This document shows, one piece after another, positions 50,335 to 59,675 of a stretch of DNA of 64,000 nt (positions within the stretch are counted from its first letter, which is position 1; every line of letters starts with the position of its first letter). A program made the translations under genes and the position numbers. This DNA comes from an uncultured Bacteroidota bacterium (GTDB lineage: Bacteria > Bacteroidota > Ignavibacteria > UBA10030 > UBA6906). The stretch is from contig CAVOYH010000004.1 of NCBI GenBank assembly GCA_963700635.1, positions 800,001 through 864,000 on the forward strand. The letters run 5' to 3'. Under the pieces are notes generated by a model, which saw nothing but the letters and a program-made list of their open reading frames with translations, did no database searches and was not told the origin of the DNA.

Positions 50335-50846
50335 GGGATGTGCTGCCGGAGGATCCGCCGCGCAATAACACGGGTGGCTGCCAGGTACACGGTTAGTGTC
50401 TCGATCAACACGGCGTCCTCTTCTTCTACCCCGGTCAGATTCCAGAGGAACTCGCGCCCCAGAGCGGGGGGGAGGGCAGGGTCGGTGTGCCGTTCCATGC
50501 TCCGGAAATACTCGGCAAAGTGCTCGCCCAGGACGACCCTCCACTCATCCACGTGGCCATCTGTGGCACCCTGTTCGCGCAAATGGCGTATAAATTCTCC
50601 CTCAAGTCCTTTGCGAACAGACTCCCGCACCGGTGAAAAGGATGTCTCCTCAATGGCGAGAACTGCAGCAAACATACATCCGATCATCACCTCCCCCTCG
50701 AAGTGATCCCCGAGCCGGCCCGGGTGCCGTAGAAACGATTCACGTAACCGGTCCAGTGAAAGTATTCCGGATCCGGAGACTTCCTGCCGGAGGTGCTCGT
50801 AGAGGAGGACTCCGGTCTCTTCAGGCGTTGGGTTACGTGTTCCCAT
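50319..50846 (-). CDS. hypothetical protein (175 aa, acidic/helical)
   Basis: Protein-like ORF with its own near-consensus promoter TTGACA-N17-TATTAT ending 6 nt before the ATG. Confidence 0.65.
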   Translation of the reverse strand: MGTRNPTPEETGVLLYEHLRQEVSGSGILSLDRLRESFLRHPGRLGDHFEGEVMIGCMFAAVLAIEETSFSPVRESVRKGLEGEFIRHLREQGATDGHVDEWRVVLGEHFAEYFRSMERHTDPALPPALGREFLWNLTGVEEEDAVLIETLTVYLAATRVIARRILRQHIPIRQS

Positions 50847-50852
50847 GGTTTC

Positions 50853-50881
50853 ATAATAGAAGAGGCAGGCTACAATGTCAA
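50853..50881 (-). promoter_or_regulatory. promoter immediately upstream of ORF 50846 (leaderless candidate)
   Basis: Minus strand TTGACA-N17-TATTAT-GAAACC-ATG. Confidence 0.65.
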
Positions 50882-50970
50882 GTCCCGGACCCCGGCGAGG
50901 ATTTAGCGGGTCTGGTTGCTATCCTCATCGATTCGCCGTAGATTTTGACGAGCATTCATCCGAGGCTTGT

Positions 50971-52344
50971 ATGAAAACCATCATTGAACCATTTAAGATC
51001 AAGTCGGTCGAACCGATCAAGTTCACCACGGTGGAAGAACGGGAGACCGTATTGAAGCGGGGGTGGAACAATTTGTTCCTCATTCCTGCGGAAGACGTAC
51101 TTATCGATCTCCTGACCGACAGCGGAACATCCGCCATGAGCGCAGATCAATGGGCGGGCATGATGCGGGGGGATGAGTCGTATGCCGGGGCGAGGAGTTT
51201 TTACCGTTTTGAAAAAAAAGTGCGTTCACTTACGGGATTCAGTCATGTCATCCCCACACATCAGGGGCGAGCCGCAGAGAAGATCCTCTTCTCCATCACC
51301 GGCGGCAAGGGGAAGTACTTCCCGAACAACTCTCATTTTGACACTACGCGGGCGAATGTAGAGTTTACAGGCGCAGAAGCGGTGGATTTGCTCTGCGAGG
51401 AAGGCAAGGACCCGGATACGCCGGCAGACTTCAAAGGCAATATGGATCTCGAAGGGCTTGCCCGGTTCATCAGGAACGTCGGACGTGCAAATATTCCGCT
51501 CTGTATGATCACCATAACAAACAACTCCGGCGGCGGACAACCTGTGTCCATGGCGAATATCAGGGCTACGAAGGAGCTGTGCGCACGGAACGGAATTCCG
51601 CTGTTCCTTGACGCCTGCAGATTTGCGGAAAACGCATATTTTATCAAGCGTAGAGAATCGGGCTATTCCAGCCGCAGTGTGGAAAGTATCGCGCAGGAGA
51701 TGTTTTCACTCGCAGACGGCGCGACGATGAGCGCAAAAAAGGACGCCCTGGTCAACATGGGCGGGTTTCTCGCACTCAATGATGAAAACCTGGCCACACG
51801 CGCCAGGAATCTTCTTATCGTCACCGAAGGATTCCCGACCTACGGGGGTCTGGCAGGGAGGGACCTTGAGGCTATCGCTCAGGGGCTGGATGAGATTGTC
51901 GACGAGCACTACCTGCAGTACCGGATCAGGTCGGTTGAGTATCTGGGCGAGCGGCTTTCTGCCGAGGGGGTTCCCATACTCCTGCCACCGGGCGGACACG
52001 CCATCTACCTGAACGCCCGGAAATTCCTCCCTCAAATTCCTGTTGACCAGTACCCCGGCCAGGCCCTGGCGCTTGAACTGTACCGCCGGAGCGGTATACG
52101 GTCGGTCGAGATAGGGAGCGTAATGTTTGGAAAGTATGATAGGGACAAAAAGCTGATTCCGGCCCGGATGGAGCTTGTGCGTCTCGCCATCCCCCGCAGG
52201 GTCTACACGCAAAGCCATATTGATTATGTTATTGAAGCCGTGCTGGAGGTATTCCACGAAAGGGAGAGTCTCAGCGGCGTTCGAATAGTTGAAGAGGCCC
52301 CGATCCTCCGCCATTTCACCGCCAAGTTCGAGAAAGTTGTTTAA
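50971..52344 (+). CDS. tnaA: tryptophanase (beta-eliminating lyase)
   Basis: Motifs EPFKIK-VE, IDLLTDSGT, MSAKKD (PLP Lys) and RLAIPRRVYT. FDTT and LRHFT favour tryptophanase over tyrosine phenol-lyase (FTTT/LRFFT). Confidence 0.9.
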   Translation: MKTIIEPFKIKSVEPIKFTTVEERETVLKRGWNNLFLIPAEDVLIDLLTDSGTSAMSADQWAGMMRGDESYAGARSFYRFEKKVRSLTGFSHVIPTHQGRAAEKILFSITGGKGKYFPNNSHFDTTRANVEFTGAEAVDLLCEEGKDPDTPADFKGNMDLEGLARFIRNVGRANIPLCMITITNNSGGGQPVSMANIRATKELCARNGIPLFLDACRFAENAYFIKRRESGYSSRSVESIAQEMFSLADGATMSAKKDALVNMGGFLALNDENLATRARNLLIVTEGFPTYGGLAGRDLEAIAQGLDEIVDEHYLQYRIRSVEYLGERLSAEGVPILLPPGGHAIYLNARKFLPQIPVDQYPGQALALELYRRSGIRSVEIGSVMFGKYDRDKKLIPARMELVRLAIPRRVYTQSHIDYVIEAVLEVFHERESLSGVRIVEEAPILRHFTAKFEKVV

Positions 52345-52365
52345 CTTGTTGAAAAATCGTATCAT
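52337..52365 (+). promoter_or_regulatory. candidate promoter for Yip1-zincin gene run
   Basis: TTGTTT-N17-TATCAT. Confidence 0.45.
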
Positions 52366-52392
52366 ACAAGATATGGATCGTGGACTGACGAT

Positions 52393-53082
52393 ATGAAGCC
52401 GTGTCCGGTGTGTGGGGCAGAGAACGATGATTTTACGGTGGTTTGCACCTCTTGTAAGGGGTTCATACAGACCAAAGTCGATACACTGGACCTGTTCCGC
52501 ACCATATGGGGTCTTCTGGAGGCACCGTCGGCCACATTCCGCAGAATCGCCCTTTCCAGAATCAAAAACTACGTGATCCCGCTCGCCATCCTCCTGGGAA
52601 TCACCATGGCGTACATGCTCTTCTGGAATGCCAACCTTGGAGTACGCGTGCCTCAATTGATCACGCTTATCGGGTTGGGGCTGCTTTCCGGCCCGATTCT
52701 GGGCGTGCTGTTCGTATGCGGGATTGCGCTCCTGGTAAAGGCACTCGCGCCGAGAATGGGCGGAAGAATTACGTTTCGGAACGCCTTCGCCGTCCTTTCC
52801 TACGCTGCCGTTCCGGTAGTCCTCTCGCTCTTTCTTGTTTTTCCGTTTGAAATCGCGGTATTTGGCATCTACTTGTTTGATAAGAACCCGCCCCCGATTG
52901 TTCTGAATCCGGTCGCCTTTATTTTGCTTGTGGGGCTGAACGGTGTCGCCGTGGTATGGTCTCTGGCATTGTCCGGCATAGGCATGCGGGTGGTAGCCGG
53001 GGTGTCGCGATTCTGGACCTCCGTGCTTGTTGTCTTCTTCATGGTCGCGGTGGGCGGTCTGTTTCTGATTCCACTCCGCTAA
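52393..53082 (+). CDS. zinc-ribbon + Yip1-like membrane protein
   Basis: CPVCG...CTSC, then P-ATF and about 5 TM helices with YAAVP. Confidence 0.7.
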   Translation: MKPCPVCGAENDDFTVVCTSCKGFIQTKVDTLDLFRTIWGLLEAPSATFRRIALSRIKNYVIPLAILLGITMAYMLFWNANLGVRVPQLITLIGLGLLSGPILGVLFVCGIALLVKALAPRMGGRITFRNAFAVLSYAAVPVVLSLFLVFPFEIAVFGIYLFDKNPPPIVLNPVAFILLVGLNGVAVVWSLALSGIGMRVVAGVSRFWTSVLVVFFMVAVGGLFLIPLR

Positions 53083-53085
53083 ACC

Positions 53086-53439
53086 ATGGAACGGGAAACC
53101 TTCGAACGTATCGTGGAGGAGGAGTATGAAGCACTCCCGGACCTTTTCCGCTCAACCATGGAGAATATCAGGATCATCGTAGAAGACCACGCCCCGGCGG
53201 CCTGGAGAAAGAAAGGGATGTTGCTGGGGTTGTATAACGGCATCCCGCTGACGAAGCGGGGCGCGGACTACGGCATGTATCCCGTCGTCCCGGACACAAT
53301 CACTTTATACAAACACAACCTGGAAGTCCTCGCGCGTGCGGAACCGGATTTGCGACGGCACATCCGTGAAACATTGATTCACGAGATTGGACACTACTTC
53401 GGCATGTCGGAGGAGGAAATCCGGCGGGCCGGTTACTGA
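53086..53439 (+). CDS. minimal zincin metallopeptidase-like protein (DUF1025/Zincin_1)
   Basis: Motifs LLGLYNGIPL, PDTITLY and TLIHEIGHYFG. Confidence 0.9.
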   Translation: MERETFERIVEEEYEALPDLFRSTMENIRIIVEDHAPAAWRKKGMLLGLYNGIPLTKRGADYGMYPVVPDTITLYKHNLEVLARAEPDLRRHIRETLIHEIGHYFGMSEEEIRRAGY

Positions 53440-53478
53440 CGTTTGATCATGCACATTTTCGCAGAAGGAATTGACACT

Positions 53479-53778
53479 ATGCCCAGAGTTTTCTTCACAA
53501 TTTCCTACGGGATCAAACCGGAGAAACGCGCGGCCTACGAGGCGCACGTAAAAAAACTCAAGAACCATCTGACCGCCGTGGCCGGAAAGAACTACTCCGT
53601 ATTCGAGGTCAAGGGGAAGAAAGACCAGTTTATGGAGCTCTTCATCAGCGAGAGTGTGGAGGAATTTGACGCGCTGGAGGACAATCTGGATCCGGAGAGC
53701 GAAGCCATGATCGCGCAGATTGAAGAGTTCACCGACGCGGCCGGGATGAAGTATACGACGTATGTAGAGAAATTCTGA
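53479..53778 (+). CDS. hypothetical protein (possible ferredoxin-like alpha/beta barrel)
   Basis: GAAGGA RBS; 99-aa ORF with a beta-alpha-beta-beta-alpha-beta pattern. Confidence 0.7.
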   Translation: MPRVFFTISYGIKPEKRAAYEAHVKKLKNHLTAVAGKNYSVFEVKGKKDQFMELFISESVEEFDALEDNLDPESEAMIAQIEEFTDAAGMKYTTYVEKF

Positions 53779-53780
53779 AA

Positions 53781-54266
53781 ATGGCGTCACGCCCCACCAT
53801 TGACCCCATCGCGCGCTTTATGCAGGAGCACGACGTTACCTTGATGCACCTGGCGGCGCTAAACCGGGCAACCCGGGCGCTTGAGGAACAGGGGTACTCG
53901 GACGAAACGATGGCGAAAGTCCGCACGGCTGTCCTCTTTCTCGCAAAGGAGGTTGGGGAACACAACGCGCATGAAGAAGAGGCGCTCTTTCCGGTGCTGG
54001 AGCGTTACGTGGAGGGACCCACGAAGATGATGAGGGCGGAACACAAGGAGCTGAAGCGGGAGCTCAAAAAGCTGCAGACGGCAATCCGGAATATCAAGGC
54101 CTCCCGAGTCTCGGCGACAACACTGCGCGGCCTCCGGGCCCGGGCGCAGACGGTCATACAACGGTTCGTCAATCATATTCACAAAGAGAATAATATTCTG
54201 TTTCCCCTCGTCCAGAAGTTCCTGACGCGTGATGCATTACGGGAAATTGCACGTCGTCTTGGCTGA
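53781..54266 (+). CDS. hemerythrin-like (HHE cation-binding) domain protein
   Basis: Motifs EH, HNAHEEEALFP, MRAEH and HIHKENNILFP. Confidence 0.9.
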   Translation: MASRPTIDPIARFMQEHDVTLMHLAALNRATRALEEQGYSDETMAKVRTAVLFLAKEVGEHNAHEEEALFPVLERYVEGPTKMMRAEHKELKRELKKLQTAIRNIKASRVSATTLRGLRARAQTVIQRFVNHIHKENNILFPLVQKFLTRDALREIARRLG

Positions 54267-54329
54267 GTTCGCAGGACTATCTACTCCCGCTCCCGGCGGA
54301 TTTACCCTTCAACCATATCAGGAAGCACT

Positions 54330-55469
54330 ATGATCCGGAATGTTCCATCTGGTCAGTTTGTTAAAGTGCTGGATGCCGTCTTTGGCTTCGGCAAAGAGGA
54401 ACGCGGGTTGACCTTTCTCGTGGATATGCCCGATGACCGTATCAAGGACTCTCCGGCATGGAAGGATCGGAGAAGGATCGCGACAGAGTGGTACCTCATG
54501 CTGCAGGATCAATGGGACCGGATGCCGTTCCCCGTTATGTCATTCTGTGCGTACCCGAACGTGGGTACGAACAACGGTGACCTGCCCGAAACCGTTCTCC
54601 TTGTGGAACAGGTTACACGCGATGGCAATACAAAAACAAGCGTCGAGACCTCACTCGAAAGCATTCTCGAGGCATCCAGCGTCGTCTTAGCCCCTACAGA
54701 GCTTTCCGCGACTGCTCCGCTCAAGGTTCTGGCGAGACGGCTTGGATTCCGAGGGGCAACAATGCCCGGGTTCTCACGCGCAATGATCCCTGCACTGAGT
54801 CTGGACTACCAGGAGGTAAACCGGCGGGTCGTGGAATTTCAGAAACGAATGAACCGGGCAACCGGTGCGGATGTTCTCCTTTCGTCGGAAGGAAAATCCT
54901 ACGGCCTGCATCTGGACCTCCGTGATCGCACCGCACACGCAAGCGGGGGGGTAATCCGGGAGCCAGGCAGTGTCGCCAACCTTCCGTCCGGCGAAGCGTA
55001 CATCGTTCCGTACGAGGGGGAGACTGCAGGGAAGGCAAGCCGGACTGAGGGGCTCCTCCCGGTACAGTTCGGCACAGAGGTGGTCCTCTTCCGGGTCACC
55101 GGAAACCGCGCCGTTGCAGTTGAGAGTAAGGGACCAGCCTCGGATCACCAGCGGGGTCTGCTGAAATCCGATCCCGCATACGGGAATATCGCGGAACTGG
55201 GCATAGGGGTGCTCGGGGAATGGGGCGTGACTGCTGTCGGGAGCACGCTCCTGGACGAAAAACTGGGAGTCCATATCGCGTTCGGACGAAGTGAACACTT
55301 TGGGGGGATAACCGGCCCATCTTCCTTCTCATCTCCTGAACGAGTTGTGCACATCGATTGGGTGTATGTGCCAAGTGTACAACCAGATGTATCCGTGGAC
55401 AGGGTGACGTTTATCTACGATGAGATGACATCTGAAGAGATCTTCGTGAAGGGCAAGTTTGTTGTTTAA
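54330..55469 (+). CDS. M29/aminopeptidase T-like metalloenzyme
   Basis: Motifs NLPSGEAY, IAELGIG, DEKLGVHIAFG and HID. Confidence 0.7.
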   Translation: MIRNVPSGQFVKVLDAVFGFGKEERGLTFLVDMPDDRIKDSPAWKDRRRIATEWYLMLQDQWDRMPFPVMSFCAYPNVGTNNGDLPETVLLVEQVTRDGNTKTSVETSLESILEASSVVLAPTELSATAPLKVLARRLGFRGATMPGFSRAMIPALSLDYQEVNRRVVEFQKRMNRATGADVLLSSEGKSYGLHLDLRDRTAHASGGVIREPGSVANLPSGEAYIVPYEGETAGKASRTEGLLPVQFGTEVVLFRVTGNRAVAVESKGPASDHQRGLLKSDPAYGNIAELGIGVLGEWGVTAVGSTLLDEKLGVHIAFGRSEHFGGITGPSSFSSPERVVHIDWVYVPSVQPDVSVDRVTFIYDEMTSEEIFVKGKFVV

Positions 55470-55507
55470 TGACCATAGAATAGTGTTTATACGATAGGTG
55501 CGTACTA

Positions 55508-55849
55508 TTGAAATTAAAGAAGTTACGCCGTCTTAATGAAGGCGAAATCGAGTTATTATGGGACGATGGCCATGTAGGTCCGTCGAAACTGACGGTGCTG
55601 CGTGAAGCCTGCCCCTGCGCCGGTTGTCAGGGTGAGACAGTTCTTCTGAAGCAGTATGCTCCGGTGAAGGATTCCAACAATAACCCCCAAAAATACATAT
55701 TGCAGGGGGTAGAACCGGTGGGGAGTTACGCTCTGAAATTTACCTGGGGGGACGGGCACGACCAGGGGTTGTATACATGGGAGCATCTGCGCGCTTTCTG
55801 CGAGTGTGAGAAATGTCGTGAAGAGAGGATAGCGAACCCCCTTGGTTGA
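55508..55849 (+). CDS. DUF971 (GBBH-like N-terminal) domain protein
   Basis: W-DGH, LREACPCAGC, and VGSYALKFTWGDGHDQGLYTWEHLR. Confidence 0.88.
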   Translation: MKLKKLRRLNEGEIELLWDDGHVGPSKLTVLREACPCAGCQGETVLLKQYAPVKDSNNNPQKYILQGVEPVGSYALKFTWGDGHDQGLYTWEHLRAFCECEKCREERIANPLG

Positions 55850-56357
55850 ACCTCTCGAGACCTTTTCCCTGATGGACCATGTCCCCTACGGGATCTGGGG
55901 GTGTGCGTTGAGAACTCCGGAAGGGGCGTCGGCCATTATCGTTACCTGGATTACCCAGCTGTCGTTCCGGCCACCTCTGGTAGGCGTCGTGCTGGAAAAC
56001 GGTGGCGGGTTCCTGAAGCATGTCCTGAAAACGGGAGATTTTACGCTGAGCGCGCTTCCGCGTGAGAAGGGGAAACTGATCGCCCAGAAGATCCTGCGGC
56101 AGGGGATGGATTTTTCGCAGCAGCGAAATGCAGACTTGTTCCGCAGGGATCCTGTCTGGAGTGAAGCCATCGAAGGGTCCATGGCAGCCATTCGGTGCCG
56201 TGTGGCCACTCACCATCCGGTCGGAGACCACACCCTCATTGTTGCAGGGGTAACCGAGGAGCATCGATGGTTTCCGGGAGAGCCCCTTCGTCTTGCTGAC
56301 ACCGGCTGGAGATACCGTCAGGCGTTTCCAACAGGGGACACCACCACCACCGACTGA
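55842..56357 (+). CDS. flavin reductase-like (split barrel) protein
   Basis: Motifs VPYGI, WITQLSFRPPLVGV and GDHTLIVA. Confidence 0.85.
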   Translation: MVEPLETFSLMDHVPYGIWGCALRTPEGASAIIVTWITQLSFRPPLVGVVLENGGGFLKHVLKTGDFTLSALPREKGKLIAQKILRQGMDFSQQRNADLFRRDPVWSEAIEGSMAAIRCRVATHHPVGDHTLIVAGVTEEHRWFPGEPLRLADTGWRYRQAFPTGDTTTTD

Positions 56358-56368
56358 GTTGAGCACTT

Positions 56369-56566
56369 ATGGCAGCAATAGACACGTTTGAAGACTACCT
56401 TGCAGCGTTTTCAACCCTTGAACCGGGGACGATCTCTGAGACTGTAGCACAGAGCAGGGCGGAACTCCTTGCCGCCCGGAGCGAAGAGGCGCGGATCCGG
56501 CTTGTGCACGCGTTTATCCGGGAGACACACGACCGTCTGTCAAAGTCCCGGGAAACACATTCCTGA
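56369..56566 (+). CDS. small hypothetical protein (65 aa)
   Basis: ATG 11 nt after the previous stop; amphipathic helical composition. Confidence 0.5.
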   Translation: MAAIDTFEDYLAAFSTLEPGTISETVAQSRAELLAARSEEARIRLVHAFIRETHDRLSKSRETHS

Positions 56567-56658
56567 GCCTTCTCCGGCTTCTCCTGCGCCCCGCCCCGGG
56601 GAACGAGTGACAGGGAACATTCTGGTACATCCCATCGAGAAGGAAATAGCCCGGACTT

Positions 56659-58485
56659 TTAGTTGCGCTTCTGCATGGTGGCCTGCAACTTCATGATGGT
56701 ACCGTCACGATCCACTTCCACGGTGACCTCATCACCAGCCTTCAGTTCGCCGAGTATTCCCATGTAGTCGTAGATGTTCATGACTTTTTTCCCACCCATT
56801 GCCAGGATGATATCGCCGGCCTTCATTCCGGCCTTTTCTGCCGCGCCATTCGGACGCACCCCGCTGATTTTCATACCCGTACTACTTTCACCCACGTCAG
56901 GAACAATTCCGAGTGTGACAGTAAAACTTCTGCTGTCACCGCCCTGATTCCCCCGGCGCGACGATGCAACCTGGACCCTCGCAAATTCCGGCCGTGCGCG
57001 CATGGTGTCCAGGTCATTGACGATTGCCTGGATATAGCGCGTGATTGCTGACTGTCCCTCGTAGTTTAACTTCTCCCAGTCATCACTCGGTTTGTGGTAG
57101 TCGTCGTGAGTGCCGGTGAAGAAAAACAGGACGGGGATATCCTTGCCATAGAACACGGCATGGTCGCTGGGGCCAAAGCCATCTGGATTAAGCGAGAGAA
57201 CAAACGTCGAGTCTGCATTATGCCGGGCAAGAAGCGCCGGCCATTCGGGAGAAGTGCCGGTCCCGCCGATGCTCAACGCCCGGTTGTCCAGACGCCCTAC
57301 CATATCCAGGTTCAGCATCGTGACGGACTTCTCCAGGGGAAAAGAAGGTTTTGCTATGTAGTGTGCTGACCCAAGCGTGCCAAGCTCTTCTGCGGAGAAG
57401 AAAGCGAAGACGTAGGTACGGGCCAGCGTGGATGTCCGCGCGCTCATGGATTGGGCAAGCTCAAGGAGAGAGGCGGTGCCGGACGCATTATCGTCTGCGC
57501 CATTGTGGATGGCAATCGTGTCGGGAGTCATCGACCCTGATCCCGGGCCTCCCATCCCGAGGTGATCCATGTGTGCACCGAGGATCACCACCTCGTCTTT
57601 TCTGACCGGGTCAGTGCCTTCCAGATACCCGACGATGTTTGATGTCTGGCTCACGACCCGCGTGACTTCGACATCCAGCGCGATGTGCGCGTGGCCAAGG
57701 GGAAAGGAATTCGGCTTCTGCGTGGCACGCATTGAATCCTGGAGAGATTTCAGCGACCAGCCGGAAGCTCGGAAAAACGGATCGAGGATATCACGTTTCA
57801 TGGACACTGCGACAATGCCGGATGAACCGGCTCCCTGATCGAGTGCCAGTCTGTACAGGCTGTCGTCTGTCTCATCAACCGGACCGTTGATCATGATGAT
57901 GGCTTTCGCCCCGTTTTCCCGGGCGACCCGGGCCTTGTTGCGTAATCCGGTGTACCGCTGGAATGGACTTCGCGGTGAGGCTCCGTCAGGTCCGTAGCGG
58001 AGCATGACAAGAATCTTGTCTTTGACATCAATACCTGCGTAGTCATCATATTCCTTGTCCGGTGCCGTTACTCCGTACCCGACGAAGACCAGGGCTCCTT
58101 CCACACTTTCCGATGCCGAAAAGCCGAAGGGTCTGAAGTCAACATCCACGGTCAGTGCCTTCTGAGTCCCGGGGATTTCCGGGCCTTTGACCAACGCGTT
58201 ATTCTTCTCCCCCAATTTGACCGCTGATACAAACTCAAAAGGTTGAAAATAGGTGCCGTTATCGCCCGCGGGTTTAAGACCCCATACCTTCAACTGTTTT
58301 GCAATGTAGAGAGCCGCCTGAGTGTTCCCGTCAGTACCCGAGCCCCGGCCAGCCAGTTCGTCGGAGGCAAGATACCTGACGTGCTCCCGAAGTTCCCCCG
58401 ACGTGATCTCAGGTGTTGAAGTCTGGGCCAGAGAAGCTCCCGAAATGATGAAAACCATCGACAAAATGGAGATTATGCGCACCAT
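56659..58485 (-). CDS. secreted M28 family peptidase with PA and C-terminal PDZ domains
   Basis: Signal peptide; GAHMDHLG, GADDNASG, SAEELG, NLDMVG, SDH and YHKPSDD; PDZ LGIVPD...AEKAGMKAGD. Confidence 0.93.
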   Translation of the reverse strand: MVRIISILSMVFIISGASLAQTSTPEITSGELREHVRYLASDELAGRGSGTDGNTQAALYIAKQLKVWGLKPAGDNGTYFQPFEFVSAVKLGEKNNALVKGPEIPGTQKALTVDVDFRPFGFSASESVEGALVFVGYGVTAPDKEYDDYAGIDVKDKILVMLRYGPDGASPRSPFQRYTGLRNKARVARENGAKAIIMINGPVDETDDSLYRLALDQGAGSSGIVAVSMKRDILDPFFRASGWSLKSLQDSMRATQKPNSFPLGHAHIALDVEVTRVVSQTSNIVGYLEGTDPVRKDEVVILGAHMDHLGMGGPGSGSMTPDTIAIHNGADDNASGTASLLELAQSMSARTSTLARTYVFAFFSAEELGTLGSAHYIAKPSFPLEKSVTMLNLDMVGRLDNRALSIGGTGTSPEWPALLARHNADSTFVLSLNPDGFGPSDHAVFYGKDIPVLFFFTGTHDDYHKPSDDWEKLNYEGQSAITRYIQAIVNDLDTMRARPEFARVQVASSRRGNQGGDSRSFTVTLGIVPDVGESSTGMKISGVRPNGAAEKAGMKAGDIILAMGGKKVMNIYDYMGILGELKAGDEVTVEVDRDGTIMKLQATMQKRN

Positions 58486-58530
58486 ATGATATCCTCGTTT
58501 TTTTTAGGGCAAAAAAATTGGTCGAGAAAC

Positions 58531-59640
58531 CTACTCCACCCAATCGGCCAGGAAGAGATTTGTTTCTCCGCGAACCTTCGCATTTCTGTTCGATGCAAAG
58601 GCGAGCCGTTTCCCATCCCGTGTAAACATCGGGAAACCATCAAAAGTTTGGTTGAACGTAATACGTCTAAGTCCGCTCCCGTCAATATGTATCAGGTACA
58701 AGTCAAAGTTTCTTCCAGCAGGATCAGCGAGATTTGATGCAAAAATGATTCGCTCGTTATCCGGGTGGAAGAAAGGTGCAAAGTTTGCAGCACCGTTGTT
58801 CGTAATTTGCCGTTTCTCCGTCCCGTCGGCGTTCATGACAAACAGCTCCATACGGGATGGGCGCACCAGATTCTCCATCAGGAGACGCTTGTACTCCGCG
58901 GCCGCAGAGGAGTCGGTATAGTGCCAGGCCCGATAGACGATTTTTTTTCCGTCCCATGAATAGAACGCGCCGCCATCGTACCCTGTCTCATCGGTCAATC
59001 GGCGGATATTCCCGCCGTCAATGTCCATGGAATACAGATCCAGGTCCCCGGAGCGCATTGAGGTAAAAACAATCGCATCTCCGGTCGGAGAAACGGTGGC
59101 TTCGGCATCGTAACCCGGCGCTGGGGCGAGGGGACGGACGTTTTCACCCTTATCGGTCGCCGTGTAGATGTCATATTCCGGGTAGATCGCCCAGGCATAT
59201 CCCTGTGAATAGTCGGGGGAAGGGGGGCACTTCGAGGAGGACGCATGCGTGGACGCAAACAGGATTGTTGAATCGCCGGGAAGGAAGTAGCCGCATGTCG
59301 TACGCCCCCTGCCGCCGCTCACGAGTGTTGCTGTCCCCGTCAGAATATCAAGGATGTACTCCTGGTCACATTCAAACGGAGGCCGGGTGGACTGAAAGAT
59401 GAGTCTCTGCTCATCAAACGAGAAGTACCCCTCGGCATTCTCGCCGCCAAATGTCAGCTGGCGGAGATTGCGCAGATGCGTTTCCCCTTCCACCAGAAGG
59501 CCTTCGCTGGCGGACTGTTGTGTTTGAGCCGGTTGAGAGACCAGGACCAGCACGATCAAGAGGAGAGTACGAAGGGGGGACCACACGTACGTAACGGTGT
59601 TGAAGGCATAACAGTGACGGCAGATCGCCCGAAGATGCAT
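58531..59640 (-). CDS. TolB-like PD40 beta-propeller protein, secreted
   Basis: Repeats QLTFGGENAEGYFS, YDAEATVSPTG, YDGGAFYSWDG, NFAPFFHPD and FDGFPMFTRDG. Start codon uncertain. Confidence 0.88.
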   Translation of the reverse strand: MHLRAICRHCYAFNTVTYVWSPLRTLLLIVLVLVSQPAQTQQSASEGLLVEGETHLRNLRQLTFGGENAEGYFSFDEQRLIFQSTRPPFECDQEYILDILTGTATLVSGGRGRTTCGYFLPGDSTILFASTHASSSKCPPSPDYSQGYAWAIYPEYDIYTATDKGENVRPLAPAPGYDAEATVSPTGDAIVFTSMRSGDLDLYSMDIDGGNIRRLTDETGYDGGAFYSWDGKKIVYRAWHYTDSSAAAEYKRLLMENLVRPSRMELFVMNADGTEKRQITNNGAANFAPFFHPDNERIIFASNLADPAGRNFDLYLIHIDGSGLRRITFNQTFDGFPMFTRDGKRLAFASNRNAKVRGETNLFLADWVE

Positions 59641-59675
59641 AATGGTCAATGAACGTTGTGAGAAGAAAGTGCATT

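Noticed and set aside
50875-50970. Possible tnaC-like Trp leader peptide before tnaA
   Set aside because: I found no short Trp-containing leader ORF; the upstream ATG is just an in-frame extension overlapping the divergent promoter.
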